NCBI GenBank assembly: GCA_965112155.1
Contig: OZ218107.1
Origin: Podarcis liolepis
Lineage: Eukaryota
DNA: 64,000 bases
Reading direction: 5' to 3' (one strand)
A program made the translations under genes and the position numbers. Below the pieces are notes generated by a model. That model saw only the letters and a list, made by a program, of their open reading frames with translations. It did no database searches and was not told where the DNA came from. Shown piece after piece: positions 12,780 to 25,888 of the stretch (the first letter of the stretch is position 1; each line of letters opens with the position of its first letter).

Positions 12780-13172
12780 CAGTGGTGTAGCGTGGGTTGT
12801 CAGCACCCGGGGCAAGGCAAGTAATTTGCGCCCCCTAACCTGGGGCAAGGCAAGTAATTTGCGCCCCCTAACCCCTAACCTGCCGCCGCTGCCAGCTTCT
12901 TCTTGCTGCTGCCTGGTCTGGTGTGGTTCTCCGCTGCACTGTCCCTCCCCCAGATAGTCCCTTGCTCTCTCTCCGCACCGCACGCCTGGCACCCACCACC
13001 TCCACAGTGGGCGGCGACCCAGCGGCTTGGATCGGATTCGCACAGCCAGCACTGCAGTGAGAGAGAGTGAGTGAGCCAGGTAGGGGCAGAGAGCTGAGAG
13101 TGCGAGCGTGCCCCCCCAGATGTTGCGCCCGGTGCGGCTGGCCCCCCCTGCACCCCCCACGCTACGCCACTG
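12780..13172. mobile_element. Non-autonomous hAT element
   Basis: 17-bp TIR CAGTGG(T/C)GTAGCGTGGG, perfect 8-bp TSD CACACGTT. Confidence 0.92.
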
Positions 13173-13699
13173 CACACGTTGCCATATTGTTAAATCAGCC
13201 CTGCTGTAGTAGATGATTGCACAAGCTTCCTCTGGTTTAGTAGAAGCGATAAATATATACCTCCTATCCCAAATGGACTTTTCTATTTTAGATGTACCAC
13301 TGGAGGAAGGCATCCATTTGGGGGGAAAACCAGACTAGCAGGATTTTCCAAACAAAACTCCACTTTGAAAGAACCAATTAAATGTCCCACCACAAAAACC
13401 CCTCTTAGGAGCTTAAATAGACTCTGAAGCCTGATTACATCATAGCAAAGGGAAGGAAACCTTTTGTTTTCATTTATTCACTCTTCTGGAAAGAACATTT
13501 CAGGGATGGTATTGATATCCAACTGAAGGAAAAGGCTATAATCCGCAGGACAGGCACCTGAAAGAATAGGATGCTGGACTAAATGGGCCACTGGCCTGAT
13601 CCAGCAACCTCTCCTGTCCTGAAATATATGTTGCCATTGTAAACATAGTGAACACCTTGATAAACTAGAACAAATGTAGCACATTTTCTCATATTCCAG

Positions 13700-13882
13700 G
13701 CAACGACTGAGAAGGAAATTCAAAGTTGGGAGAGGAAACTCAGCTAAACAAGAGATGGGGAAGAGCAGGACTCGCTTTGGGAAAATGAAGCACAATCGCA
13801 GGCTTCAATATCGCACCTCTGCCCTCTACAGTTGCGCATACCCTGGGGCTCTGGCAGGATGCAGTAACCAAGGATTCCAAAG
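13700..13882 (+). CDS. SUSD3-like gene, cytoplasmic exon
   Basis: ttttctcatattccag| acceptor, AAAG|gtattc donor, 183 nt phase 2-2, open frame GQRLRRKFKVG...CSNQGFQ; basic juxtamembrane stretch. Confidence 0.78.
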
Positions 13883-15939
13883 GTATTCCATGCCTGTACC
13901 CTGCAGTCAATTCTTCCCCTTAGGGTGGCCATGGGCTCCACTTACAGAGCACAGCTGTCTATTTGGAGGGCTGGCAGGGAACCATCTAATGGGCTGTCTG
14001 GTCTCAACCTGGTTTAAAAATAAAGAACCATAAGAAGGGATAACAGGATCCATGAAGTTGCAGCCCCTACACAGCAGTGCGCAAACAGGTCGCCTAGCCA
14101 GTCTTTCCTACTATGGTGAGATGGAGTGTGTGTGTGCGCACGCATGCACGCACACATGGACATTTCATGCAAACATTGGCTGACTTTTGTGGGGGTGCAT
14201 TTCATTTTAGTGAGGTGTGGGATGTGATGTACAAGTGTTTATCCTATTTCATCTAGAAGCTTACACTGCATTAGGGAAACTGCTCTGCATGTTGAAAGCT
14301 GCTATCACCAATTAATGCTGTACTCACTCCCCTTCCTTTATCCACTACAAAGCATTACAATCCTAATAGAGTCCCTCCTAGATCTACTAAGGACCCCTTC
14401 ACACAGACCAGGCCTGACTCTACTGTATTTTCTCAAGTAGACAAGTTTAAACTATTTGACCTGCTGAAGTTTTTCAAACCTTGTCTTGTATTACCATATT
14501 GATGTAGAAAAGAAGTGCCAATTACAATTTCAGAAAACATTCTTGGGCAGTTGTTCATTCTACAGACTGACCATGAAGGAATCAAGTGATAGGATTAAGA
14601 TATTGAAAGTAGGTGTTCTTCCTAGTCTTTGTCCAGTATTTAAGATCCTTCCATTGGAGATATCAATGAGAATATTATTACTTTAATTCTATTCCAAATT
14701 ATCAGAAGCAAGTTATGCCTTTGACTTTCTTTTCTCCAGACCATGGTTGGTATTTTAACTCAAAGAAAATTCTTCTTCCATCTACATGCAAGTGACTGTT
14801 CTTGCCTTATCCAAGAAATCATTGCTTAAAAGGATGGTTCGTTTGGTAACTAGTCCACAGCTGGAGCACTGCTAGCTGAAATAACTCTTTAATGTTTGAC
14901 ATAATTCAGTGCATGCTAAACTGTAACCAGATTTGTTAAACATTTCAGGGTTGTTTAAAAAGGAGAGAAATGTTTCCTTGCGTATAGACACAGAAAGACA
15001 GATAGACAAGTTTTGTCTTGGTCTTGCCCAGCAGATGAAGAGGAGCATATTGGCTGCAACCTTCTATGACTGCTGAGGGTTCCTCAGTTATCATAACCTT
15101 CAAATTATATTGTAGAAGGCTACTTTTCTTGTAATGTCACCTATTCACTGTTCAGCTGTATTGCGAGGGACCTATTATACAGAAGGGTGCTCTCAGGAGG
15201 ATTTGAGAGTGCCTGGCACAATAGCCAGGAAATTGTATGGGAACAGTGTTGATCCTTGTTTACCCACAGCACACAGACCAACAATATCAACAAATGGGGC
15301 ACAGCTAAAGTTATATAAAATCAGTTAAATCATGCCAAGCTCCCAATACTAAAAGCACTTCTTATTTTGAGCTACATAGCTGGAAAAGCAGCTATCTGGG
15401 ATATGGCATGGCTTGATCCTCTTCTCTGTATGTCTTAACCAAGGTTTTGAATATGTAGGAGGGATTCACCAGATGAGAGTAAGGGGATACTTCCAGATGT
15501 TGTAGGACTCCAACTCCCACCAGCCGCAGCTGGTACAGCCAAGGGCGAGGGATGATGAAAGGTGAAGTCCAACATCTGGAGGACCAAGCACAGAGCTGAG
15601 AAGACCAAGCTGGCAGGTTCGGTTCTCATATGGGACAGATGCATATTTCTGCATTGCAGGACTAGATGATATGCAGGGTCCCTTCAAACTCTACAGTTCT
15701 ATGATCCACACAGCAGGTGATTCAAATGTCCTTCTTTCACCTAATGCCATGCTGCAATACCCATCTAAGCGGCAAATGACACTTTCACACTGACTGGGGA
15801 GAGTGAAATTCATAATGTCACAAAAGCATGATCATTATGTTCCAGTGGCCCTTTAGTCGTAGAACATTTTGTTCAGCGTGATTTTGATTACTGCCCAACA
15901 CCTCTCACCATCTCTTTTACTGTGTTCCATTTCTAATAG

Positions 15940-16195
15940 GAGCCAGGAGAATCTGCAGAAATGGGCACCGCAAAGCTTATGCTCCGAAATCCACATCTTC
16001 CCGCAGGTTGTTCTGAAGCCAGGAACTGCCCCATCTGCCTCCATGTTTGTTCATTTGCTTCAGAAACCAGGAGACGCCCCCTTGAACGTGAAACCTTGCC
16101 ATCGCAATCTCCCCCAAGCATTGCCTTCCGTTTATTACAGAAGATCTGAAGGACTGAACCCTTTGAATAAGACAGCACTTTGGAATCCGAGATAA
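15940..16195 (+). CDS. SUSD3-like gene, last coding exon
   Basis: Pyrimidine tract and ttctaatag| acceptor in phase 2, continuing RSQENLQKWAPQ...ALWNPR*; AATAAA at 16544-16549. Confidence 0.75.
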
Positions 16196-16788
16196 ATCGC
16201 TTTGTAATGAACCAACAGCAATGCACTCATGGACGTTTGTGGGAACTGACTTCTTGCTCTTTTATGGCATACATAGCCCATTTATGAAACCTGTCATTAT
16301 AGGTCAGTTTATGTAAAATACAATAGAGAAAACATGTATAATCTGAAGCATGCAACCCTAATGATATAGGGTGCTTGCTCAAAACTGAAACATACTACTA
16401 AAAATGTACCATCTACTCGGGTAACAGTGGAAGCTCTAAAAAGGAAAAGTGAGTTTTAACATTTATTTTATTTCAAGGCATAGGTTCATAGACCTATTAT
16501 TTAGTAAAGTGTTTCTTCTGTAGCCAGGTGGACAACTTGACAGAATAAAGCCACAACCTTTCATGTCATCTCTAGTCTTATTCACTGAGGAAGTAGAAAA
16601 CAAATCGAATGTTATTTCTCCACAGAATACATGACTAGATCTACAGAATTCCTACACAATCAAAGTGATTTATTGAGAAGTAATACCACGGGGCAGTATG
16701 CAACTAAATACTTCTCCTAGTGCAAGCACCTCTGACTAGGCAATGGAAGTTCATCTTCTCCTTCCCCTGTGTACCCCCTAAATATGTA

Positions 16789-17004
16789 CAGTGGTACCTC
16801 GGAAGTCAAATGGAATCTGTTCTGGAACTCCGTTCGACTTCCAAAACGTTCGGAAACCATTGGCTCCTGCAGCCAATTGGAAGCTGTGTCGGACATTTGG
16901 GTTCCAAAGAACGTTCACAAACCGGAAGACTGACTTACAGGTTTGTGGCGTTCGGGAGCCAAAACAGTGAACTTGCAAGGCATTTGGGATCCAAGGTACG
17001 ACTG
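16789..17004. mobile_element. Tc1/mariner-pogo type MITE, family B
   Basis: TA|CAGTGGTACCTCGGA...TCCAAGGTACGACTG|TA. Confidence 0.85.
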
Positions 17005-20000
17005 TACTGGAGACCGGATTTATGAGGTACACAAGGGGCAAATGGAGATGGGAGAGTGAGGGGCAATTCTGTTGCATAGTTAAAAGTGCTCGAACTATAG
17101 CTGCCCTGTTTAACTTGATACCACTTGATGGTTTAGTAATACTGGTGACTGCAAGCCATATGACAAATACAAGATGTGTCCAAGTTCAGACATACTCATT
17201 CTTAGATTTGTGACCAGCAACAGGTAAGTGGTATTATTATGCCTCAGTTGCTAGTTTCTCTTGATATCTGGCTTGTCATAGTCACTTACATTATGCTGGG
17301 ATTATGTTGTCTCACCTGGCGCATACAAGTGAGGCCACTCCTTGGGATCCTGACAACATTGCTGCTGATATGCATCAGCATCTGGGCTGCCCCACAGAAT
17401 TGCCACCACCAAGGGAACTCTGAGATTGGTTAGTACTTTATCTTCTGCCTCCCTCCTCCCAAAAATGAATGTAAGAAGCTGGGACTCAAGGGTGATACAA
17501 GGGAACTGCACATATTAAGATGCTGCTGAACCATATAATTCCATACTCCCATAAAATGGGGCATGTCATTGATTTCCTATCCCCACCCTCAGCAAAACAA
17601 CATAACAAGCCAAGTAAACCATAAAAAGAAACCAGGGAGGGGTGTCTACAAATTTGCACAAAACCAGATAGCTGTGTTGGTCTGTTGGAGGCAAAACCAA
17701 AAGACACAGAAGCTACCTTATTTAGGATCAACCAAAACTCACAAGCAGTTTTTCAAGTTCTTCAGATCTCTTATTCAGACAGGAATTTTAAATAAAAGGT
17801 GACAGGGTGGGGAGGAGAAAATGTAGGGCAAATTGTTAAGGCCCAAAGTCATAAGATGGGGACAGGAAAAGATGCACAGACAGATTAGTTTCTGCTATAT
17901 ATTGATTCAGGCTGCACCAAGGACAACTGGGAGAAAGTGGTAGTAATGACTGTTGTCCAATGACATTTCACTAAAAGCAGAAACATAACTGGTATAAGAA
18001 TTAGTGTGATACCTTGCTACATCCTCAAGGAAAGTCCCTATTGATATCATCTGCTAAAGAAGGGGTGGGGACATTATCACCCTCTAGATGTTGAACTACA
18101 ACTCCCATCATTCCTGAGACTTTATATACTGCTTAATCATTAGCGTTCCTAAGCAGTGCACATGAAAATGAACCATACACAAAACAAATTCAACCAGCAA
18201 AAACCTGAACACTTATGATGCCCACTGTAAAAATAAAGTCTTTGTTACATGCCTGAAGTTCAGTAAGGAGTGTGTCTTTCTAATCTCAGTAGGCAGAGGC
18301 TGCCAAAGCTTCCACTGACAACGCTCAATGTTTGCTGTGTTGTGCTTACTGGGGCTAAATGGAGTTTTAGTTCAGCAACATTAGGAGGGCCAAAAGTATC
18401 CCACTCCTGAACTAGAGATCACTTAAAACCAGAGATGGTACTAATGGTAACGTATTTATATTCAAGATGATGGATCTGACAGGGTACATTTGCTACAGTT
18501 AGAAAAACTGCATTTGAGACACACAGTCCAAGACATCCCTATTGCTGGAGAATACAGCACCCCACTAGCAGCAAGCTCAGAGCAAGTTTAAACACAGAGA
18601 GAATCCAGGCATGTGGAGAGCCCTCCTTTCACACACTTCGACTGGCAGGGGAAAAGGAGATTTTCAACAGCAACTTGGAACTTATCTACATCTGCAGAAT
18701 GCAAGCTATATACAACACACGAAGCAACCTTCTGTGAGGAGTCACATCTACACAAAGTGACTAAGCATTTGCCTTAGGGGGGGAAATTTATCTAGGGTGT
18801 AGCTGAATAGGTCCCTGTACTTCAACCCTTTCAGACACAGAATTTGAAATTCTGAAATTCACATTATATTAATGCAATAGAATGTTTATCATTTATGTTA
18901 ATGCATTTTACCTGGTTACTTTTTAATCTCTGGGCCCAGAAAACAACTCGTACCAAACCATGCATTGCGAGCAACAAGTGGAATTGTAGGACTTGGTTAA
19001 ATACCTATATTTTCCAGAGTGATGTAGAATCCATTCATCATCTACTGGATGTACCACCATCTTTCTATAATTGTTAGGAAGAGAATGTAAACTGAACAGG
19101 AGAACTAAAACGGGTGTCATCCATTCCTTTCAAATCTATATATAGATATGCATCAAAGTCGAAGGAGAAAATGTACATTCTAAATTTAGGCATAAAGCAA
19201 TAAACAAATCAGGGGCCAAAAAATAATAATTCTGGCAATACCAAGCAAGTCAATTGGTGTGCAGATCAACTGCAGCTAAGCAAACATGGAAGTTGTTATA
19301 CACAGTATGTATCAAATGCTTATGCATTCATTATGAAAGGATTTTCTATTAAACTCTATTGTCAGTGCTAGTTCATTAGTAATCTAAAATTACATGGCTT
19401 TTTCTAAACATCTTCAATGGCTCTATGGCTGCAAGGCACAAGTGACCATACTGGATAAAATGTTTTGGAACTCATGTAAAGAAAACTTGTTTTGAATATC
19501 CAGTATATTTGCTAATTTTATAGATAGTAGCTTATATCAAGGCTTGAATAGGAAAGACTCTGTATGTGCACATGCGCGCACACACACAAATTCTAAGTGG
19601 CCAAATGCTTCACACATTCTCAGTAGTCTTTACAACAGACTGAGAACTTTGAGTATTATCCCCATTATAGAAGATGGAATCAGATGCTAATGCCTAACAG
19701 CTTGTTTTAAGTCCACACAAAGTGTTTCGTGGCTGAAAGTCTGAACCAGAGACTTTCTTTAACTTGTGGCCTGTGCTATTCAACACTGTACATGCACTGA
19801 GATAGAATACTGTATTCAAGAAAAATGTTCAGGAAAATGAATGTCATTATAAAAGTTAGACCTCCTTTATATAAATTGTGTAGACCGAATTAAAAATGTA
19901 AACTACAGAAATGCCTGGGTTTTAAATGTTAAATTTTCCCGAAAAGGCACACAATATGCAAATCTTATTTTCACATGGTGAGTACATACCAACTTTAAAC

Positions 20001-20999
20001 TTTGCCATAACTAGAGGTAGCCCTCATCTTAGAGGTGGATGGTGGTGGCATGTCCTATAGAGCTCTAACTATGCTCTATAGGGCATGCCATCCTGATATA
20101 AAACAATATATTCCCCATAACATAAAGGCTGGGCTGACTCCAACGTAAGATTTCAGTCTTTAGTGAGAATTAAGTGGGTGCCAAAATGCAAGATGTATAT
20201 TTTTATGTAGGATTATAAGACACATATGCAATCTCACTTTATAATCTATGGATTAAAACAACACATAAAACTGCTTCACTCTTGCTTTCTCCTGGGGTGA
20301 AACTGGAAGCATTAAACATGGTTTATTTGGCCTTGGAACAAGCTATATAGATGTCCTTGTGCTGCCTTCCCCTTCCATCCTGCTTTCAGGGTTTGGAGAG
20401 AACCCTTTAAACAGAATTTCCTGGTTTGGATGTTGTGGTTTAAGCAGCCTACATTATCAGACCAGGATTATGTCTGAACCAGGCTGCTGTGATGGAAGGC
20501 ATTATTTTATTGTTTACAGCACAAAGGGAACACTGGTTTTCTGAGCTCAAATAACCAGAAATTGAACTTTCTCCTGAATATATTAACCCTATTTCTCAGT
20601 GTATTTTAAATGCATATGTGCAGTTGCATGTAATAATCAACAGTCAGCAGTGTGCGAAAAGTGGGAATATACAGAACACTGGCCACAATCTAGTAAGTAT
20701 TTTTGGTCTATGTAAGCCCCCATATGCAATATGCAATATACACTAAACAATTTTGTAACCCCCTTTGGAAATTCCCCTAAATTTAAAAACTCTGGAGACA
20801 GCATTGCCAAAAAGCAGGATGTTAATTGAGTAAAATACAGTAAAGCTGGGTAAGATATGGCACAGAAAAGCTAATGTTGGCACCAGGGCCGAGAGGGCAA
20901 CAGTCCAATGGGGCATGCACAGAGCATGTTTTCTGCCAAACCCATCACATGAACTGACAAAAATGAGCACAAAATCAAAGAAGGAGAACTCACAAAAAG

Positions 21000-22066
21000 C
21001 TGTCATCAAGTTTTCTGTTTTATTTAAGATTTTAGTTTTAATTCTGAAGAAAGAGGTACATTTCCTTGTTTTTAGTTTTAGAGTCAGGTTATAACCATGT
21101 TTAATTTTATCTGTTTCTCTTTTCCTGTCTTTCAATACTGCACAAACGTCCAGAAACTACAAGGTTAAGTAAAAGCTGCAGGCAGAGGTCGTCAAAGGTT
21201 GCGCTCCTGATGGTGATCATGTGGCCCCAATGCAGTGCTATCCCAGAGTGCCTTAATCAGGTGATTTTAAAAAAAAGAAAAGAAAAAAAAGAAAGAGAGA
21301 CTGACAAGGAGACAGAAAGACTGAAGTAAATATCACTCGTGTTTCAGCTGCTTATAATTATATCATGTATATGCTAGGTATTAAATCTGTGAATATTTTT
21401 TAAAACATTACGTTTACTTGAAATCTAAAGCCAAAATTTTAAAATATCCCTCTGTTAAACCACTTCTTAGGAACAAGGCAACATGTCAGTTTATTTCAAC
21501 AGGCAAACTGTCCTTCAACCCACTTCATGACAAATCTTACTGACAATACTGTCCCACCCTCCCAAACAGGGGGTGGGGGGCTATCTCCCTGCATACTGAC
21601 ACACAGAATGCAAAATAAATGCCAGGCCACTGGTTTTTCCCCTATACCTTGAATCTCTCATTTAAATTAAACTGCTTTTACATCGCTGCATTTGATTCTG
21701 AATTTTATATTATTTCCCCCTACTTGACATTTTCTGCTAGGCTAAAGTAATTCTGTGCAAAAGATTTATGAAAATAATATTTTCCTTTTTATGCACTTTT
21801 TGATTTCTCTCTCTCTTTTTTCTTTGTGTGTTTAAAGAAAATTCATCAGTGTATTTCAAACACTGGCTTAGCAGAATCTTAAAATAAAATTAAAAAAAGA
21901 GATATGGTTATGACCCTGTGATTGCATTGCATTTGGAGGCTGGTGGGGAAGAATTTTGATCAGGAACTGGATTCTTCAGAAAGAAAGATGTGGAGGAGGG
22001 ACCATGGGTGGGTGTAGGAAGTCTGGGTGGGGCAATTCCTGCATTTCTAATGTTTTTGAACTTTTC
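21000..22066 (-). other. CNOT4: CNOT4 3'UTR, about 1.07 kb
   Basis: Repeat-free AU-rich sequence after the stop codon, ending near an AATAAA; the end position is estimated. Confidence 0.65.
21019..21024 (-). terminator. Probable CNOT4 polyadenylation signal
   Basis: AATAAA on - strand followed 20-60 nt later by U/GU-rich sequence (tttttgtgagttctccttctttgattttgtg). Confidence 0.6.
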
Positions 22067-22368
22067 CTAATGACGATCCAGCGCTGAGCTCTGTAGTAGA
22101 TCTGTGGGGGTTTTACTGGGGGGTCTGAAAGCTGTCTGGAAGCCTGGGGGAGGAGAGTGAAAACTGGCGGGGTTTGAAGGTGGGGAGTAAGGATTCCAAC
22201 TGGCTCTGTGCAGAGGAATCTGTGTGCTGAAGGGGTTACTGTGGGGGGTCTGTGTCGGGGCAGCACTGGGGCCATCCATCTCTGTGAGAGCCTGAAGAGA
22301 TTTTAGCCAGTGTGGTGGATTGTCGTCTTGAAGGGTGTCTAAACTGTTTCCAGCGGAGGCTGGGATAC
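22067..22368 (-). CDS. CNOT4: CNOT4 last coding exon
   Basis: IPASAGNSLDTLQDDNPPHWLKSLQALTEMDGP...LLQSSALDRH*, 302 nt, acceptor tcttcttcctag. Confidence 0.97.
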
Positions 22369-23067
22369 CTAGGAAGAAGAGAAAACATAGGAGGAGAAAG
22401 AGGTTAAGTCAGAGCAAGCAAGAACTTCAAATGTGAAGTAGGTCAGCTTAAACCTAACCAATGGCAACGGTAAGAAAACATTATTAGTTTGTACAAAGGA
22501 CTGTTATAACCGTGTTCCAGACAAAACAGTAGTTGAGTTTTCACAAGAAACATTTGCCCCTTGGAGAACTTTTCACACTTTCTACAACATTCGTCCAGAG
22601 ATTTATTCACAATCTAGCTCTACCAGATACCATATGCTCCTCTACCTTTTTCCAAATCATGCTTTAGCCTTTAAAAGGGAAACACAAATAGCCTTATAAG
22701 AGAGCTTTATAAACAAGTGGAGTATGTTCCTTTTTAATGAAAAAGAATCCAGTTAATGTACCAGTGCCTAAGGAATTCCATTGCACAGAACTGGCAAGCC
22801 ATTAGATCACAGGCCAACCTACTCAAGTCTAAAGATGTATTGGGAAGACGCTGAACATGCAACGGATATTGGGATGGAGGGGGCTAATGCCTGGTTTCCC
22901 CCCCAAAAGATGCTTGGACCTCTAGAAAGTTTGGTGGATGGAAGCTGGAAGAGACCACCGCATAGAGTTGCTTTTTCTTTCTTTCTTCCAAAAAAAGCAC
23001 TGATTAATTTGTGCCAAATATGCACTTGGTAATTCTCAGTGGAGCTGAATGAGCGAGAAATCGTTAC

Positions 23068-23280
23068 CTGTGATGATTGCGGGGTCCATCCAGCTGCCAG
23101 GGCTGTCCCAATTCAGGCTGTCGGTGGTGGCAGTGTTGGATGTTGGTACACTGTGGTTGGCGTTGGAGGGGGAAGTAGCATTGGGCAGTCCACCAAAGTT
23201 GATGTTAATGTTCGGTAGAAGTGCCCTTAGCCCGTCCTGCCATTCCTTCATATTTAAACTCTCTACAGAACTGTTGTTGT
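23068..23280 (-). CDS. CNOT4: CNOT4 exon 11
   Basis: NNSSVESLNMKEWQDGLRALLPNININFGG...WMDPAIIT, 213 nt, phase 1-1. Confidence 0.97.
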
Positions 23281-25888
23281 CTGGGAGATTTATCAACAAA
23301 AAAGAAAAAAGAAAATGAAAGATAGAAAATAAAAAGCTGAAGTTAGAAACAGATGCTGTTTTTAGTGAAAGATGGTGGTTCTCTAAGCATTTAACACTGA
23401 TTCCCTATCAAGAGAATGGGGCAATGATGATAAATCAAGATGAAGCTTGAATGTTGGGCTGCCACAGTACGCACTATTACTTAAGCATGTGATGGAGAAA
23501 AACCTAAGTCCTTCCCCATGAAAATCAGGGCTGAAACCACAATGGTTAAAACACACTGATTTTCATTACTAGCAAGAAAAAACACAACATCTTCAGATGA
23601 AAGCTCCCACTGTCCAATGACAAGATCTCTTTAGATTTACCAAAGAAGTTCTAACAGCTTCCTACTGAAGAAGATGCAAGACAACGCTACAGAATCTGAA
23701 CAGGGTTAGAGAATTGTGAAAACTTTATACATCACTTGTACTTTGTCAGAGGTAGGGAGAACCTGTTTTAGCACAGAGACTCTGAAGAAAAAGGAAATCC
23801 CTAAGTCTTTTCAGATGAATTCCAACCTGCTCTGAAGTTATGAACGACACACTAAAGAACCACACTCGTATACAGGACTACTAGCTTCAGTCTCTCTAAG
23901 GGAAGAGAAATGACTAGTACTAAATTGTCACTCTACTAATATTAGAAATATTAGGAACATTTGTATGGCATTCTTTGAGCTCCAGTCAAACACACAACTA
24001 AGACTTCAAGTCTTAGAGAATTCATAACCGGAAGATATGACTAGTTCACATTTACAAAGGACCAGGCAAAGTTTATGGAGAATAGGCCTATCAACAGTTG
24101 CTAGTTGTGATAGCTAAATGGCACTTTGATGTCCGGTGGCAGTACCCCTCTGAGTATTAGATCCTGGAAGCATTAGATTCAGAGGTAACTAGGTAGTCAC
24201 TGTTAACAAAAGAATGCTTGACTACACGAATCCTAGGACACAGCAACTTAATCCCATTATAAAATTATGTTTTTAAAAAACCGTTGATCACACACCCAAA
24301 TTCTATAGATGGTTTAATCAACAAAAAAGTGAAGTTGGACATGACACGTGTATTTAGAAAAACAAAATGTTGAAAAATTTTTGCAAGGAGAAATATGATC
24401 ATTTGATTTGTGAATTTCCATACAGAGCCTAAGATGGTCATCTACCACTAATTCCCAATTTATTTGAGCTTTCTTGTTCTGCTTATCTCTGTAGGTATGT
24501 TATTTCAGTTCTATGTTTAAACACCTACAAGTGACTGAGATGGGTTTCATCTGCTGGTGAAACACGATGAAGCAACTTGTTGATTCCCCTTTGGCTTGAA
24601 GACTCCAGCACCACCTCCCATGCTGTTCTGGAGGGTTCTCCAACCACATGGAGCAGGTGGGTTTTTTTGTTTTTTGGAGGACACAAGCAGCTGAAGGGGA
24701 AGTAGGCAACTGAAAAGTCATCTCCCCTTCTTCCATCAGAGGAAATGTCTCGTGAGTGGGACTCTGCTTAGGTAGTGGGTCTTGCAGGCATTAACCAAGT
24801 CTGGATCCAAACCAGAATTTGAAAATAAAATAAATGCTGCAACTGTTTTTAAGTTGTCATATTTGTTTGGATACTTAAAGTGACAAATCCTCATCTTTGG
24901 TAAAACAGATTTTGGGGGAAAAATACAAAGTAAGAATTAATTACTTGACAATACTTTCTAGAACTAGTGATCCAAAGTAATCTTTCTTCTCTTGTGAACA
25001 GCATTTGGACAGAGTATTCTATAACTGATTGAACATCCTCAAGAATCAATATAGATTCAATAACAATCAAGATTTCAATCTATATCTGTAAAAAGGTCCA
25101 CTATTAAGAACATTTACCCAAGCTATGTCTGACAAGAAGACTGTTTATATTCCTTTTTAGGGGGGTCTAACTATGTACCGATGAGCACATGCTCATGAAG
25201 GCCTTTCCAGATATACAGTTAAGAGCTGATCTGAAATGGGAATCAAAAGAGAAATGGGAAAAGAGCAAACAAGCAAGAGGAACAATGTTTATCACTCACC
25301 GCCCATTGAAGTTACAACTATTGCAGCCTTCAAATTCCAAACCAAGGATACATAACTGCCCTTCCTCAAGAAGCAAACTTTAAAAGCAAAACCTGAAGGG
25401 TGACATGGGGTAGATGGATACCCTTTGTGAAAATGACCACAGTTTAGAGTCAAATCAATTGCAAAATAAGTGAAAATAGTCTGCCATGGGCAGAGGAACA
25501 AATTACTGCATGGACAGCAATTTATTTAAATGGGGACAATATTTAGCCAAGAAGTTACCCTGGAGGCTGTTCAAGTCATAGGAAAGAAGAAGTGGACTAC
25601 CAAGCACTGAAAGGCAAACAGCACCCATCTCAGAGAGTGAAATAATTTGGGTTGCTCAATATTTGTTGTTAGTAAACCAATGAAAGCTATTTTAGCTTAG
25701 TATCAGTGTGTAAGAGTAAGCACAAAAATTGTGACCTCTCAGCTACCGCTGCAAAGGAACTGTTGCGTGAAACAGGTGGTCTACACTACTTATCACTTCA
25801 GGGCTAAACCAAAGCAGTAAGGTTGTCCTCAACTACTGACAAATACTTCTCAAATACTGACAAGTGCTCAAAGAAGCAGTCTCTAGGC

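Noticed and set aside
12675-13313. 212-aa ORF, the longest in the track
   Set aside because: Spans a GC-rich hAT element and its tandem duplication; no transposase or other domain
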